Shown here piece after piece: positions 29,564 through 40,879 of a stretch of 50,609 bases of DNA. The DNA is from an uncultured Fibrobacterota bacterium (GTDB taxonomy: Bacteria > Fibrobacterota > Chitinivibrionia > Chitinivibrionales > FEN-1185), in assembly GCA_963753345.1 (NCBI GenBank), contig CAVWBU010000020.1:1-50609 (forward strand), in the 5' to 3' direction. The notes beneath the pieces were generated by a model. It searched no databases. It saw only the letters and a list, made by a program, of their open reading frames with translations, and was not told the origin of the DNA. Made by a program: the position numbers and the translations under genes. How positions within the stretch are numbered: the stretch's first letter is position 1; each line of letters opens with the position of its first letter.

Positions 29564-30913
29564 TTAAAAGACAAACACCGTGCCCGCGCGCAGCGAAAGC
29601 GCCGCCCCCATGTCCACGGTTCCCGCGGCCCATCCCTTCGTCTTTGCCTCCAGTTCCGTATAGAGGCTCGCAAACCGCGACAGCCTGATATCCAGCCGCT
29701 GCGACATGAGTCCCCCGGCGGCAGCAGCGTTGTCGTAGAAACGCTGATCCGACGGCTGCAACCACAGCGACAGCCGCGGCGACCAGAAGAGCCCCGGCGA
29801 GGCGAACACGACCGGAACATCGACCAGCGAGACGTCGATTCCCGGAAGCGCGAGGCGGCCGTTTGCATACATGTTGACTCCTGCGACTATCCCCGCGCCC
29901 GGCGCGCGCGCCATTCCGTACGCGCCGATCATGTATCCGAACGGCGTTAGGTAGTGCGTGAGGCCGCCGGTAAGCGCGCACTGCCCGCCGCCGAAGGCGC
30001 ATTGCCACGGCTTTACGCCGTACAACTGCGGCCGGATAAAATTGACAAGAGAGAGAGCGGCCTGCAATCGAAGATAGCTCTGCTCCGAGGAGGTCAACTG
30101 CGACCACAGTATATACCGGTTGATTCCCGTGCCGCTCGGATGAATGCCGCGCGCCGCATAGGGTTCGTTTGGCCGGTGAAGATCGTAGGTCCACGCCGAA
30201 AAGTCCCACCCGACAATGTCGCGCTGGTCAATCGTGGTTTCTTTGGCGTTGAATTCGCGGGTTTCCTCGTCGGCGTAGGAGGTGGTATTGAACCAGATGT
30301 AAAACGAAATCGAGAACAACGAATACAGCGCGGACGGTTCGACTAAGCGTGCGCCGTGCATCATGCCGTCCCGCAACAGCGCATCGGTAAGGTCCACCTG
30401 GGCTTCGTACCCGGCTTCTTCACACCGCACCAGTTCCTCCGGATGTTCTGCCTTGAGATTTTCCAGGGCCTCGTCGGAAACGTGGTACACCGAAACCGCG
30501 GTTGCGTCGAGGTTGAAATCGTACACCCCGTCGTAGGACGAAATGCCCCGGCCCGACAGCACTGCGCGGTGGTATTCCTCGTGCATCCACGTTACGCCGA
30601 AGGGAACGTAGACGTTCAGGAGAAGCGCGCACGCCTCGAGGCCGAGGGTCGCGCCGGTCTGCACAAACGGATTGCGGATCCCTGAGGTGCCGAGAAGAAT
30701 CGAGGAATTCATCAGCTCGCAGAATGACGCGGTAATCGATCTGGTCTGGGACATTGCGGGCCAATAGGCGCCGCGCCCGGCATTGGCCGGCATGTCGGCG
30801 AGCGCGAGGTCGAGCCTGAACATACCATCGGCGACCGAATCGGTCTGGGCCGCCCCGACTGTTGCAGCGGACAACACCACCGCGCACCAGACGGCTGCCG
30901 TTGCACGCGTCAC
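29564..30913 (-). CDS. Exported hypothetical protein, probably outer-membrane, with an HEExH motif
   Basis: Signal peptide; WMHEEYHR; amphipathic beta-rich C-terminal part ending in Phe. Confidence 0.6.
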   Translation of the reverse strand: MTRATAAVWCAVVLSAATVGAAQTDSVADGMFRLDLALADMPANAGRGAYWPAMSQTRSITASFCELMNSSILLGTSGIRNPFVQTGATLGLEACALLLNVYVPFGVTWMHEEYHRAVLSGRGISSYDGVYDFNLDATAVSVYHVSDEALENLKAEHPEELVRCEEAGYEAQVDLTDALLRDGMMHGARLVEPSALYSLFSISFYIWFNTTSYADEETREFNAKETTIDQRDIVGWDFSAWTYDLHRPNEPYAARGIHPSGTGINRYILWSQLTSSEQSYLRLQAALSLVNFIRPQLYGVKPWQCAFGGGQCALTGGLTHYLTPFGYMIGAYGMARAPGAGIVAGVNMYANGRLALPGIDVSLVDVPVVFASPGLFWSPRLSLWLQPSDQRFYDNAAAAGGLMSQRLDIRLSRFASLYTELEAKTKGWAAGTVDMGAALSLRAGTVFVF

Positions 30914-31918
30914 TCAGCGTCCTCCGCTTGCAGGAACGGTTTCGGAAACGATGCTCTCGCGCAGATCGTAGAGCAGCCACTTCCCGGCGAGAATGCTGTC
31001 GCGGTGAGCGCGGACAAGGTCGAAAAAACGTTTGATGCCGTAGGGCTCGTTGCCGTTGGCATGGACGAGCACAATGGATCCGTTGTGAGGTTGTTGATTT
31101 TTGGCAAGCCAGGCGTCGCTTCCGACCGGGATCAGGCCGTAGGCCGTGATTCTGGCAAACAGCAGGCTGTCCGAAACAAGGCCTGGAAACCGGAAGAACA
31201 CCGACGGCGTTATCCCGTATTCAAGCATTTTCCGCTCGGTCTTGAGCACTTCCACGTCGAGATTGGTCCCCTTGATCTCCAGAAAGTTCTTTGCGATGGG
31301 CATACTGTCGGACCAACGGTGATTGTACGAGTGGTTGATCCACGTGATGTTCAATTCGCCGCTGTCCTGGAGAGCCTTGAGCCAGCGCAGGTCTTCCTGA
31401 TGATCGTACATCCAGTTCCCGGTGACCGCCAGCGCTATGGGGACCGGCTTTTCTTCAGGCAGGAAACGCTCCAGAAGATCGGTGAAGAACTTTCTCGCAA
31501 GCGGAAGCCTGGACGGGCACAGGTCTGCGGTGAGGTCGATGCCGTTTTCGCGCGACAGGCCGTGCACGATCCCGGCATCCAGTTCAAGCGCGGACCGTCT
31601 TTCCGCACTGTCAAGCGCGAGCACGTACGGCGTGAGCCCGAACCGTTTTCGCACGGCGGAAAGCGTCGCGGGTTCGCAGGTCACGCTGTCGCGGTCCACG
31701 ACGCGCGTCGCAAGGGTGCTCATGTCGACCGTCAGGAGAAACCGTCTCCCGCCCCGCGCAAAGGAGCGCATTGCCATGCAGGGAGCGCTGTCGCCGTGAA
31801 CCGTGCACGAGCCGAAGAAAACCGCGTACTTTTCCAACGGCTGAGCGGATGGATTGGTAGACGCAAGCATCAGGAGCGCGGGGATTGTTGCGGTAATTGC
31901 ACGGTGTATTCTTGTCAT
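30914..31918 (-). CDS. Exported polysaccharide deacetylase (NodB)-like protein
   Basis: DLTADLCP, WINHSYNH, FFRFPG and IVLVHANG align with CE4 motifs 1, 2, 3 and 5; signal peptide. Confidence 0.7.
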   Translation of the reverse strand: MTRIHRAITATIPALLMLASTNPSAQPLEKYAVFFGSCTVHGDSAPCMAMRSFARGGRRFLLTVDMSTLATRVVDRDSVTCEPATLSAVRKRFGLTPYVLALDSAERRSALELDAGIVHGLSRENGIDLTADLCPSRLPLARKFFTDLLERFLPEEKPVPIALAVTGNWMYDHQEDLRWLKALQDSGELNITWINHSYNHRWSDSMPIAKNFLEIKGTNLDVEVLKTERKMLEYGITPSVFFRFPGLVSDSLLFARITAYGLIPVGSDAWLAKNQQPHNGSIVLVHANGNEPYGIKRFFDLVRAHRDSILAGKWLLYDLRESIVSETVPASGGR

Positions 31919-32015
31919 GGCAAGCTAACCCTGCGGGTGTGGCCGAATCCTTCTCATGGGTGCGGCATCCCGGCCGGGAACCGGAAGAAGGTTGACAGTT
32001 GCAAGCACGACAACG

Positions 32016-32573
32016 TCACTTGCTGCCGGTCAACGCCGCCAGAAACTTCCGTGCATCAACCGAGGCCTTCTGCGCGGAATCGTATCCTGTCAATATCATC
32101 TCGACGTAAAATGCCTTGACGCTCGCATACGCCACGCACCCGCCGATTACTCCGTCAAAAAACGCGCCTCCGGCCTTTGGGGTTTCCAGTGATTTTGGTT
32201 CGGACGCGTTCTTCCGCTTCCCTTTCACCATGCCCTGAGCGCGGGATGGAGCGCCAAAGTCTTCTATGTAAATTTCGGCGGATTCCTTGCTCGGGCCCGA
32301 CATGACAACAAGGATTCCTCCTATCAGTCCCGGTTTTTCATACTCAACCGCCCCGCCGTCGATGAGTTCGTACAATTCCTTGGTGCCGAATGAATGATAA
32401 CGGTCTTTCTGCTCAATCCATCCCGGAACCGCCGTCACGGAGGCGCGCAGCGCTCCGAGCCTGAGCGAATCGGGCTTTGCGGCAAACGAACCGGCAGTGC
32501 ACAAGCAGACAATGACGGCCGCCAACCCCGCAAATCGTGCGGTTGTTTTCACGGTTCTTCCCTCCCCGATCAT
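32016..32573 (-). CDS. Exported DUF6599-like protein
   Basis: Signal peptide; FGTKELYELIDGGAVEY, IYIEDFG; ATGA overlap with the upstream DUF362 gene. Confidence 0.6.
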   Translation of the reverse strand: MIGEGRTVKTTARFAGLAAVIVCLCTAGSFAAKPDSLRLGALRASVTAVPGWIEQKDRYHSFGTKELYELIDGGAVEYEKPGLIGGILVVMSGPSKESAEIYIEDFGAPSRAQGMVKGKRKNASEPKSLETPKAGGAFFDGVIGGCVAYASVKAFYVEMILTGYDSAQKASVDARKFLAALTGSK

Positions 32574-33643
32574 CCGGCAGACTCCACTTTGACAAAATCA
32601 AGTTTTTCGAAATTGGAATATCCGAAATCCGAAAGCACCCGGTTCAGCGCCGGAGGATGGGTGCATCCCATGAGCGGCTCGCGCACGCGCTTGGCGGTGA
32701 CGAAGTCGACGGCAGGCGAAAACGTTCCCATGGAGAGCACCGTGGGCCGTTTGTTGGGAATGCCGAAAGGCCCTCCCGTGTTGGCCCAGATCGAATCGAC
32801 GATGCACAGCTGCTGGCGCACAGGGTCCCCGCCAAGCACCGCGTCGGACTTGCTGAACGCGATAATGTAATCCAGTCCGCCGCCCAGGTGTATGGGCATT
32901 GCCTCGAAGGTGCCCGCGTGGTTTTTCATGGTCATGGTGATGCCGGTAAACGAGTGAGCCTTGTTGACCGCGATGTTCACAAGGATGTCGATGTCTCCGC
33001 GGGCAATTGCAGCCGTGCATTTGAACATCCCCGGGTGCGGTGCGGGAACAGGAGCGAGAACTGTGCCGCCGAGCAGGCCGTTTCTGTCGCTTGCGAGAAC
33101 GCCTGCAATGATCCCCTTTCCAACGAAGGGGCCGTACATGCCGCCGACGTTGTTGCTGCCGTCGTACAGGATGATGCCGGACGGCGGCACGCCCAGCGAT
33201 ACGAGCGCGCGGCACACTGCGTTGACAACAGCGACTCTCGGATGGTTGTCGCCGAGGCAGTTGAGCTTGACCGCGGCCTTGACATCGGACCATTCTTTGG
33301 CCGCGGGCTTCCGGAAAATCGTTCCCCATGCCTCGTGCGCGGAGTCCTTCTGGGCGAGGCCGCATGCCAGGGCATCCATGTCGGCAAGCACTTGCTCCGC
33401 CGCGACCGGCGCGTTCTGGGACGCCATGTCCCACTTCCGCGGGTCCGACACAATCATTTTCGGATCCAGGCAGCTCACCACGCGCAGGTTGTCGATGTGC
33501 GGGTTGATTTGTTTTCCGGGAAACCAGCCGCTTTTCCGCTCAAAGGCGCTTGCAGGAAACGCGTTGGCTGCAAGAAGACTCCCCGCACCGGCCGCGGCGG
33601 CGGAAAGGAAACCGCGTCGGGATATGGAATGCATATTCTTCAT
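32570..33643 (-). CDS. Tat-exported DUF362 domain protein
   Basis: SRRGFL twin-arginine signal; AVKLNC, DILVNIAVNKAH, GITMTMKNHAG, LCIVDSI...GGP, SPAVD. Confidence 0.75.
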   Translation of the reverse strand: MKNMHSISRRGFLSAAAAGAGSLLAANAFPASAFERKSGWFPGKQINPHIDNLRVVSCLDPKMIVSDPRKWDMASQNAPVAAEQVLADMDALACGLAQKDSAHEAWGTIFRKPAAKEWSDVKAAVKLNCLGDNHPRVAVVNAVCRALVSLGVPPSGIILYDGSNNVGGMYGPFVGKGIIAGVLASDRNGLLGGTVLAPVPAPHPGMFKCTAAIARGDIDILVNIAVNKAHSFTGITMTMKNHAGTFEAMPIHLGGGLDYIIAFSKSDAVLGGDPVRQQLCIVDSIWANTGGPFGIPNKRPTVLSMGTFSPAVDFVTAKRVREPLMGCTHPPALNRVLSDFGYSNFEKLDFVKVESAG

Positions 33644-33727
33644 GAGGAAGCCCACGAAAAGAAATCAGGTTCACATTTGTCGGCAGTAAAATACATCTCC
33701 TTTGGGCTCTTTGGAGCACTGAACTGC

Positions 33728-34616
33728 CTACTCCACGGGCTTGGGCTGTTTCCCCCGTGACAAGGGCTTGGTTTCCCTCGTGTAGTACACGGCAGTTGAG
33801 CTTCCGGTCCGTAAAGCCATGCCGATGCGAAATACGGGAAACCAGGTATTGTTGTATAACTTGCTGCCGTCGCCGAACTGCATGCCGTTAATGCTATACG
33901 CCGCGCCAATCTCGGCAAAGAAAGTTTGCATGATCACCTGCCATGGTCTCAAACCCCAGGATACCCGGGAATACATAATAATCGGTCTGCCTCCTCGGCG
34001 TATGGAGATCGTAATCAACATACAGGACGGAAAGAAGGTACAACGCCATACTTCGGCTGCGTCCCATTCGATAGGCAAGGGAGTTGTCAAATGTCGCAAC
34101 AAATGAGCGATCGTCGAACCGCAGGTCGTTTCTTATGGTGATATCATGCACCTTGTATCCGGCGCTCAATTCATTTGACCAGAAAAACGCTTCGGATTTT
34201 CGTGTCTTCAGGTTCTCCATCCGGCTCCGAACAAACGTCTGGAAAACGCCTGCGTTCGCGCCTATGTCGTAGCCGATGTCCCACCAATAGAAAATGCCGT
34301 AGCGGTACCCAAGCATGGTGGGCTGAGGGATCAGATCACCATCGGCATATAACTCAAAGGCGTGTTCTCCCTTGTTGAGCATTCCCGCCCCTCGAACAAA
34401 GGATGGTTGTCGGACAAAACCGATGGGCGTATAGTCTGTTGACAACCGGTTCTTGGGCAAAGCGGCACTGTACATGGTGCCATTTCCGGCAACGTATCGA
34501 AAGGAATCGCAGTCTGTCCCGGCTGTAATGTGGTCGGGCAGCGGATCGGCGTGCACAATTGCAAAAACCGCCAATGCAAACCCTTCAGCGAGCAGAAGTC
34601 GTCGTCCGTTGTTCAT
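33728..34616 (-). CDS. Exported hypothetical protein (beta-barrel-like); apparent frameshift at ~33922
   Basis: RBS aggagga, signal peptide; HANF/FAEIGAAYSINGMQF continues in the adjacent frame after an extra T. Confidence 0.55.
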
Positions 34617-34649
34617 AGAGTCCTCCTGGCCTTTTATACATTATTATTG

Positions 34650-34665
34650 AGCAATACCCGTGCCC
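34650..34665 (-). promoter_or_regulatory. Possible sigma54 promoter
   Basis: Minus strand GGGCAC-GGGTA-TTGCT, about 35 bp upstream of the ATG at 34616. Confidence 0.55.
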
Positions 34666-34872
34666 AAGGGTGATTGTTGAAAAAACCAGATGGATCACCC
34701 ACGCGCCGGCTCTTACGGCCTCACTTTACATCGAATCAGCAATCCGGTATTTTTGATGACGAATTCTGTTTATGACATGCATTATGAGAAAACCTGTCTC
34801 CATGACAAAAGGCAACTTTTCCGTTGTGCGGGGCGATGCGGTGAAACCCGCGGTCTCGAATGGAAAACGGCA

Positions 34873-35295
34873 ATGAGCGCCGGCCGCTTCGAACTGCCCA
34901 TTGCCGTGCTTTCAGAAGACATCGACGTGCACGGCCATGTGAACAACGTGGTGTACCTTCGCTGGGTGCAGGACGCGGCGGTCGCGCACTGGCGTGCGCT
35001 TGCGACGCCGGAACAGCAGGCTGCGATTTCATGGGTGGTGGTGCGCCACGAAATCGATTACAAGCGACCAGCGCAGCCGAAAGATTCCATCATTGCGATA
35101 ACGTGGGTCGGTGCTGCAACTGCGGGAACATTCGAGCGGTTCACCGAAATTCTCAGGGCGGCCGACCGAAAGGTGCTTGCCCGCGCGAGGACCGTGTGGT
35201 GTCCCATTGATGCAACGACGGGAAAACCGGTGCGGGTGGATCAGGACATTCGAGACCGTTTTTCGGTTGCAGCGGGCGACACCAAAGCGCAGTAA
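34873..35295 (+). CDS. Acyl-CoA thioesterase (4HBT hot-dog fold)
   Basis: EDIDVHGHVNNVVYLRW, WVVVRHEIDYKRPA, ARTVWCPID..TGKP. Confidence 0.88.
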   Translation: MSAGRFELPIAVLSEDIDVHGHVNNVVYLRWVQDAAVAHWRALATPEQQAAISWVVVRHEIDYKRPAQPKDSIIAITWVGAATAGTFERFTEILRAADRKVLARARTVWCPIDATTGKPVRVDQDIRDRFSVAAGDTKAQ

Positions 35296-35298
35296 ACG

Positions 35299-36525
35299 TC
35301 ATTCTTGCCCGTCAAATAGACTCAATTGCCTCACCTTCTCTTCCGACTGCGTCCTCTTTGCCTTGCCGAACACCGTTATTCCCCCGTATTCGTGCGAATG
35401 CTCCCGCTCGTGCCGTATCACTTTATCAACGTCCGCGAACGGATCGCACCGCTGTTCGATGCGCCGCGCCATGCGGCCGAGCGCCTGCAGCCCCGCGAGC
35501 CTGTCGCTTCGGCCGATGCGCGCCTTGTCAACAGCCCTGCGCAGGACCGCAATGCTCTCGTCGTACACCGCAAGGGGCACGGGAAACGGGTGTCCGTCCT
35601 TGCCGCCGTGCGCGAATGCGAAGCGCGCCGGATCGGTGAACCGGCTCGGCCCGCCCCAGATCACCTCGCTCACAAGCGCAAGCGACTGCACGGTGCGCGG
35701 CCCCACACCCGGGAGAAGGAGAGCGTCGACGAAATTCCTGAACTGCTTTTCGTATGCGAGCGCGAGCACGGCGCCGAGCCGCTTTGAATCCACGTGCCGG
35801 CTGCTTATTGCGTGGCCGGCATCGAGCACAAGCCGCTTCAGCTCGCGGTGCTGGGTGTCCGGGTGCGCCGACAGAAATTCCACAATGCCGCTTCTGTTTC
35901 TTTCCGCGCGCGAATCGCTCAGGTTCGTGATCTCGCCCACGTTCTCGCCGACGATCGCTGAGTGCGGGTCGTCCACGAAGGACTTGACCGTTGCGGAATG
36001 CCAGTGATACCTCCGGGCCATTTTCGTTTCGGTGTTCATGCCCTGCTGGACAACCGCCCACTCCCCTGTCTTCGACACCACGAACGCGTGGAGATACAGG
36101 TTGAATCCGTCAAGCACGCAGGTGTTGTCCACTTTCGCGCTCAGTTTTGACGCACGGACGAGCGCGTTTCCGTCGCAGCCGGTGCGGTCGGAGAAATCGA
36201 GCAACTCCTGTGGCGTCCTCAGCGAATGCCTTCCCCTGCCGCCGCATAGGTAAAGGCCCAGTTCATCAAACAGCGGATTGATTGCCGCCTTGAGCGCGCC
36301 CATCACCGAGGTCGTGACGCCGGACGAATGCCAGTCCATGCCCAGGACGCACCCGAGCGCCTGGAACCAGAATGGATCCGACAGGCGCGTAAGCACCTCG
36401 GATGTCCCACGCTCTGCAACGAGTGCGCGGACGATCTCGCGGCCGAGCGCGGTCATGCGGCTGTGGAGCCAATCGGGCACATGACCGCCATGCAGCGGAA
36501 GATCGGCGGTGCCGGATCGTTTCAT
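35299..36525 (-). CDS. DUF763 domain protein
   Basis: MKRSGTADLPLHGG, RLSDPFWFQALGCVLGMDWHSSGVTT, WAVVQQGMN, FAHGGKDGHPFPV. Confidence 0.88.
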   Translation of the reverse strand: MKRSGTADLPLHGGHVPDWLHSRMTALGREIVRALVAERGTSEVLTRLSDPFWFQALGCVLGMDWHSSGVTTSVMGALKAAINPLFDELGLYLCGGRGRHSLRTPQELLDFSDRTGCDGNALVRASKLSAKVDNTCVLDGFNLYLHAFVVSKTGEWAVVQQGMNTETKMARRYHWHSATVKSFVDDPHSAIVGENVGEITNLSDSRAERNRSGIVEFLSAHPDTQHRELKRLVLDAGHAISSRHVDSKRLGAVLALAYEKQFRNFVDALLLPGVGPRTVQSLALVSEVIWGGPSRFTDPARFAFAHGGKDGHPFPVPLAVYDESIAVLRRAVDKARIGRSDRLAGLQALGRMARRIEQRCDPFADVDKVIRHEREHSHEYGGITVFGKAKRTQSEEKVRQLSLFDGQE

Positions 36526-36755
36526 ATCGTCAAAATAATATTCCGGCCGTCCGTATTGTGTCCGCCATTTCTCCCTCGGCGATAATCCCCAATGTATATT
36601 AGATGGCCTTTTATTGCAGTCGCTCGCTTTTTCCAGGGTACCCCGAGAAGCCTTGCTCCGATTCGAAATCCCTCGATATCTCGCGGTCGCTGTATTTTTC
36701 GGGAAAGCGTCTTTTAGCATATCGTGCAGATTGTCAACCATGCAAGAATGATGAC

Positions 36756-38531
36756 ATGAGCCAGCGTTATATCCGCAACATCGCCATCATCGCCCACGTG
36801 GACCACGGCAAGACCACGCTCGTTGACCAGCTTTTCAAACAGAGCGGCATGTTCCGCGACAACCAGGTGGTCGCGGAACGCCTCATGGATTCCATGGACC
36901 TCGAGCGCGAGCGCGGCATCACCATCGCCTCCAAAAACGGGTCGTTCAAATACCGGAGCCACCTGATCAACATCATCGACACCCCGGGCCACGCCGATTT
37001 CGGCGGCCAGGTGGAGCGCGTGCTCAAGATGGCCGACGGCGCGCTCCTGCTCGTTGACGCGCAGGAAGGCCCCATGCCGCAGACGTATTTCGTGCTCAAG
37101 AAGGCGCTGGCGCTTTCCCTGCCCGTGATCGTGGTGGTCAACAAGATCGACAAGCCGGCGGCGCGGCCGGTGTGGACCGTAAACCAGGTGTTCGACCTGT
37201 TTGTCAAGCTTGAAGCGCCCGACCACGTGCTCGATTTTCCGGTTATCTATGCTTCGGCGAAGGACGGCTACGCGCGCAACGACCCGGACGACGATTCCAC
37301 GACCATGGGACCGCTGTACGACATGATCATCAGCCGCATTCCGCCGCCGTCGGGCGACCCGAACGCGCCGCTCCAGATGCTCGTGAGTTCCATCGACTAT
37401 TCGCCGTACCTGGGCAGGCTCGGGATCGGCAAGATCACCAACGGAACGCTCAACATCAACAAGGATATCGCGGTCGCATTGCGCAACGGGTCGCTCATTC
37501 CCGCGCGCATCACCAAGGTGTACCGATTTGAGGGCAACGTGAAGGTCCCCACCGAAACCGCGTCGGTCGGCGAAATCGTCGCGGTCGCGGGAATGGAGGA
37601 AGTCACGGTGGGCGTCACGTTCACCGATCCGCTCTTGCCGACGCCGCTGCCTCCCACGGTAATCGATCCGCCCACGATTTCGATGAACTTCATCCCCAAC
37701 GATTCCCCTTTTGCCGGCACCGAGGGACAGTTCGTGACCTCCCGCCACGTGCAGGAACGTCTCCAGCGCGAAATTCTGTCCGACGTCGCGCTCCAGGTTG
37801 AGCCCTTGACGGACAGGATCGGCAGCAAGGTGTCGGGCCGCGGCGAGCTGCATCTGTCAATCCTCATCGAACGCATGCGGCGCGAGGGGTACGAATTGCA
37901 GGTGACGCGGCCGCAGGTGATCATGAAGAAGGAAAACGGGAAGCTGCTCGAACCGTACGAGGAACTCACCGTGGACGTTGACGAAAGGTATGTGGGCGTG
38001 GTGATCGAAAAGCTCGGCCGCAGAAAAGGCCAGATGCTGAGCATGGACACCCACAGCGGCATGGCGCGGCTGGTTTTCAAAATTCCCACGCGCGGGCTGC
38101 TCGGGTACCGCGCCGAATTCATGACCGACACCAAAGGCATGGGCACCCTGAACTACGTATTCGCGGAATACGGACCGTATGCCGGTGATTTCCGCACGCG
38201 GACCAACGGGGTCATGGTGACAAAAGACCCCTGCACCAGCGTGGCGTTCGCGCTGTTTCACCTGCAGGAACGCGGCGTGATGTTCATCACGCCCCAGGTG
38301 AAACTTTACAGAGGGCAAATCGTCGGCGAGCACAGCCGCGAAAACGACCTCACGGTAAACCCGGGCAAGGATAAACGGCTCACCAACATGCGGACCACGG
38401 CCTCCGACGAGCACATTATTCTTATCCCCCGCCGCGAAATGACGCTCGAAGACTGTATCGCCTATATCAACGAGGACGAACTGGTGGAAATCACGCCGCT
38501 GGCGGTCCGGCTTCGCAAACGGTCGTCCTGA
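36756..38531 (+). CDS. typA: Translational GTPase TypA/BipA
   Basis: [48 protein letters not shown]. Confidence 0.96.
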   Translation: MSQRYIRNIAIIAHVDHGKTTLVDQLFKQSGMFRDNQVVAERLMDSMDLERERGITIASKNGSFKYRSHLINIIDTPGHADFGGQVERVLKMADGALLLVDAQEGPMPQTYFVLKKALALSLPVIVVVNKIDKPAARPVWTVNQVFDLFVKLEAPDHVLDFPVIYASAKDGYARNDPDDDSTTMGPLYDMIISRIPPPSGDPNAPLQMLVSSIDYSPYLGRLGIGKITNGTLNINKDIAVALRNGSLIPARITKVYRFEGNVKVPTETASVGEIVAVAGMEEVTVGVTFTDPLLPTPLPPTVIDPPTISMNFIPNDSPFAGTEGQFVTSRHVQERLQREILSDVALQVEPLTDRIGSKVSGRGELHLSILIERMRREGYELQVTRPQVIMKKENGKLLEPYEELTVDVDERYVGVVIEKLGRRKGQMLSMDTHSGMARLVFKIPTRGLLGYRAEFMTDTKGMGTLNYVFAEYGPYAGDFRTRTNGVMVTKDPCTSVAFALFHLQERGVMFITPQVKLYRGQIVGEHSRENDLTVNPGKDKRLTNMRTTASDEHIILIPRREMTLEDCIAYINEDELVEITPLAVRLRKRSS

Positions 38532-38646
38532 GGCCGCGGGCCTTTGCCTTGTCCCGGCCGGACGTGATCAACTATTTTTGAGGTTCGACGACGGTGCGGT
38601 CCGGCAGGAGATTCATTACTTGTTGTCAACATATCGAGGCAGGCAC

Positions 38647-38962
38647 ATGTGGACCTTTGCCGCAAAGGAAAAAGACGTGCGGGCAAACCGCATTAACCGT
38701 GCCTACCCGAAAGGCGTGGCGGTGCTTATTGTCAAAGTGAACGGACGACTGCATTCACTCTCGTCGAACTGCCCCCACATGGGGTGCTCCCTGGGCGGCG
38801 CAATTCTGGAAGGAACCGTGGTGCAATGCCCCTGTCACGACTGGCGGTTCGATGTCACTCACCGGCCGATTTATCGATGCGCCGGAAATCCGCCTGGAAA
38901 CCTACGAGCTTAAAACCGAAAACGGCGACGTCTTCATAAACCTTGAAAAGGAACGCGCATGA
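38647..38962 (+). CDS. Rieske [2Fe-2S] ferredoxin; apparent frameshift at ~38860
   Basis: CPHMG...CPCHDWRFDVT; the shifted frame continues TGRFIDAPEIRLETYELKTENGDVFINL to a TGA overlapping the next ATG. Confidence 0.82.
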
Positions 38963-39213
38963 AGAAAGTCAAACTCTACACGCTAAGCACCTGCCCGTGG
39001 TGCAGGAAGGCAAAGGCCTATTTCACCAAGAACAAGATCCCCTTCGAGCACGTCGATTACGACCTTGTTTCCGGGGAGAAGCAGGAGGAGATCATGGACG
39101 AGATGAACGAGTGCGGCGGCACCGGCGAATTCCCCTTTGTCATCATCGGAAAGGATTCGGTGTGCGGGTATGATCCCGACGAGTACGCCAGGCTCCTGGA
39201 AAAACACCGATGA
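38959..39213 (+). CDS. Glutaredoxin/NrdH-like redoxin
   Basis: LYTLSTCPWCRKAK, cis-Pro motif FPFVII, GYD. Confidence 0.9.
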   Translation: MKKVKLYTLSTCPWCRKAKAYFTKNKIPFEHVDYDLVSGEKQEEIMDEMNECGGTGEFPFVIIGKDSVCGYDPDEYARLLEKHR

Positions 39214-39366
39214 CCTTCTAATGTGTGGAATCGCTCGTGCGGCACAATTATTTTGGTACTCCCTGAGATACCTCCCACGGGGTGTTTCGCATTTTCGCGG
39301 CGACATCATCTGCCCCGGGCAAATGGCTTTCCCCCGAAAAGAAAAACGCGCAAAGGGATGTTTCGT

Positions 39367-39678
39367 ATGAGCTACCTCTTTCTGGCATTGGGAATTCTGT
39401 TTGAAGTTCTTGGCACGATATGCATGAAATTCGCGGACGGGTTCACACGGCTTGTCCCGTCAATCCTTGTTTTCATCTTCTATTCGCTCAGCCTGGTATG
39501 CCTCATTTTTGTGCTCAAGAAGCTCCCCGTGAGCGTCGCCTACGCCATCTGGGCAGGGCTCGGAACCGCGCTTATCGCCGTTATCGGAATATTCTGGTTA
39601 AAGGAACCGTTCACGCTCGTCAAGCTTGTGTCGATACTCTTCATTGTTTTAGGCATCGTCGGCCTGGAATTGTGGTAG
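39367..39678 (+). CDS. SMR family transporter (EmrE/Qac-like)
   Basis: TM1 Glu (FEVLGT), MKFADGFT, VAYAIWAGLG; 4 hydrophobic helices. Confidence 0.9.
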   Translation: MSYLFLALGILFEVLGTICMKFADGFTRLVPSILVFIFYSLSLVCLIFVLKKLPVSVAYAIWAGLGTALIAVIGIFWLKEPFTLVKLVSILFIVLGIVGLELW

Positions 39679-39685
39679 AAGCAGC

Positions 39686-40846
39686 ATGAATATTCTCATC
39701 ACCGGCGCAACAGGATTTCTGGGCGGGGAGATCCTCGTCTATTGTGCAAAACGGCCGGAAGTTGACAAAATTTACTGCCTGGTAAGGGCCAAAACCGGCG
39801 ATGACGCCGACAAACGCATCCGCAAGGTCTTCGCGCTCCACAACGACGCGTTCGATCCGGACAAGATCGTTGCCGTGCGGGGCGACCTTGTGGATCCGCA
39901 TCTCGCCGAGGTCCTGAAACAGCACCCGGGCCTCTCCACGGTCAACGTCATCATCCACGCGGCGGCAAACACGTCGTTCAGCAGGATCTACGACCTGCTT
40001 GTCGAGGAGATCAACATTAAGGGGCTCAAGAAAGTCCTTGCCTGGGCGCAGACGCTTCCCCACCTGCAGCTGTTTGAATACATCGGGACCGCGACCATCT
40101 GCGGGACCGACATCGCAAACCGGTTGATTCACGAATCGGAATCGCCGAATCTCGCGACAAAGCACCTGGTCAAATACACCAAGACCAAACTCATGGGAGA
40201 ACTTGCTTTATCGGAATACCTGCCGCCCGAAAAGATCCTTGTTGCGCGGCCGTCAATCGTGATGGGCGACAGCAGGGATGTCGTTGCGCGTTCGAGCGTC
40301 ATTCTCTGGGCCCTGGCGGTTTCCAACCTGGTCCGCCTGGTCCCGACATATCCCGACGTGTCCCTGGACATCATTCCGGTCGACTATGCGGCAAAGGCGA
40401 TTTCCGATCTCATTTTTGTCAAGCGCAACCACCGCGTGTATCATGTTTCCACCGGGACCGTTTCCATGACAACGCCCCGGCAACTGGGGAGCGCCATTAC
40501 ACCCTATTTTCCCGACAAACCGGACCTTACCTTTGTCGATCCCGCAATGATTTCCCAGATGAAGTTCTGGTCGAAAGGCGTGCTGTCGGACGACAGCGGG
40601 CTCCATAAGTACAAAGATCATCTTGCGTACTGGAAAAGTTCGTTCGGCAACCCTCTCGCCTTGCGGGTCCTTTTTGCGGGGTGGGAGCCGTACCTCCATT
40701 TCATGAATCTCGGTCACCTGTTTGACAACACGAGACTGTTACAGGATCTTCCGATCGGGCCGCCGCCGCCCGCGCATTGCTACGTCAAGAAGTGCGTTCC
40801 CTTCCTTCGCACCATCGATGTGTTTGAAGGCGCGTTGGACCCCTGA
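39686..40846 (+). CDS. Extended SDR, fatty acyl-CoA/thioester reductase-like (NAD_binding_4)
   Basis: ITGATGFLG, YCLVRA, VRGDL, IIHAAA, YTKTK (YxxxK), ARPSIVMG, DIIPVDY. Confidence 0.85.
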   Translation: MNILITGATGFLGGEILVYCAKRPEVDKIYCLVRAKTGDDADKRIRKVFALHNDAFDPDKIVAVRGDLVDPHLAEVLKQHPGLSTVNVIIHAAANTSFSRIYDLLVEEINIKGLKKVLAWAQTLPHLQLFEYIGTATICGTDIANRLIHESESPNLATKHLVKYTKTKLMGELALSEYLPPEKILVARPSIVMGDSRDVVARSSVILWALAVSNLVRLVPTYPDVSLDIIPVDYAAKAISDLIFVKRNHRVYHVSTGTVSMTTPRQLGSAITPYFPDKPDLTFVDPAMISQMKFWSKGVLSDDSGLHKYKDHLAYWKSSFGNPLALRVLFAGWEPYLHFMNLGHLFDNTRLLQDLPIGPPPPAHCYVKKCVPFLRTIDVFEGALDP

Positions 40847-40879
40847 GCCATACGGGAAACCGCGACAAGGATGTGACGC

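Noticed and set aside
39214-39366. Guanidine riboswitch upstream of the SMR gene
   Set aside because: Only one weak ACGG-loop hairpin, with no twin hairpin or ykkC consensus; the SMR looks Qac/EmrE-like rather than Gdx
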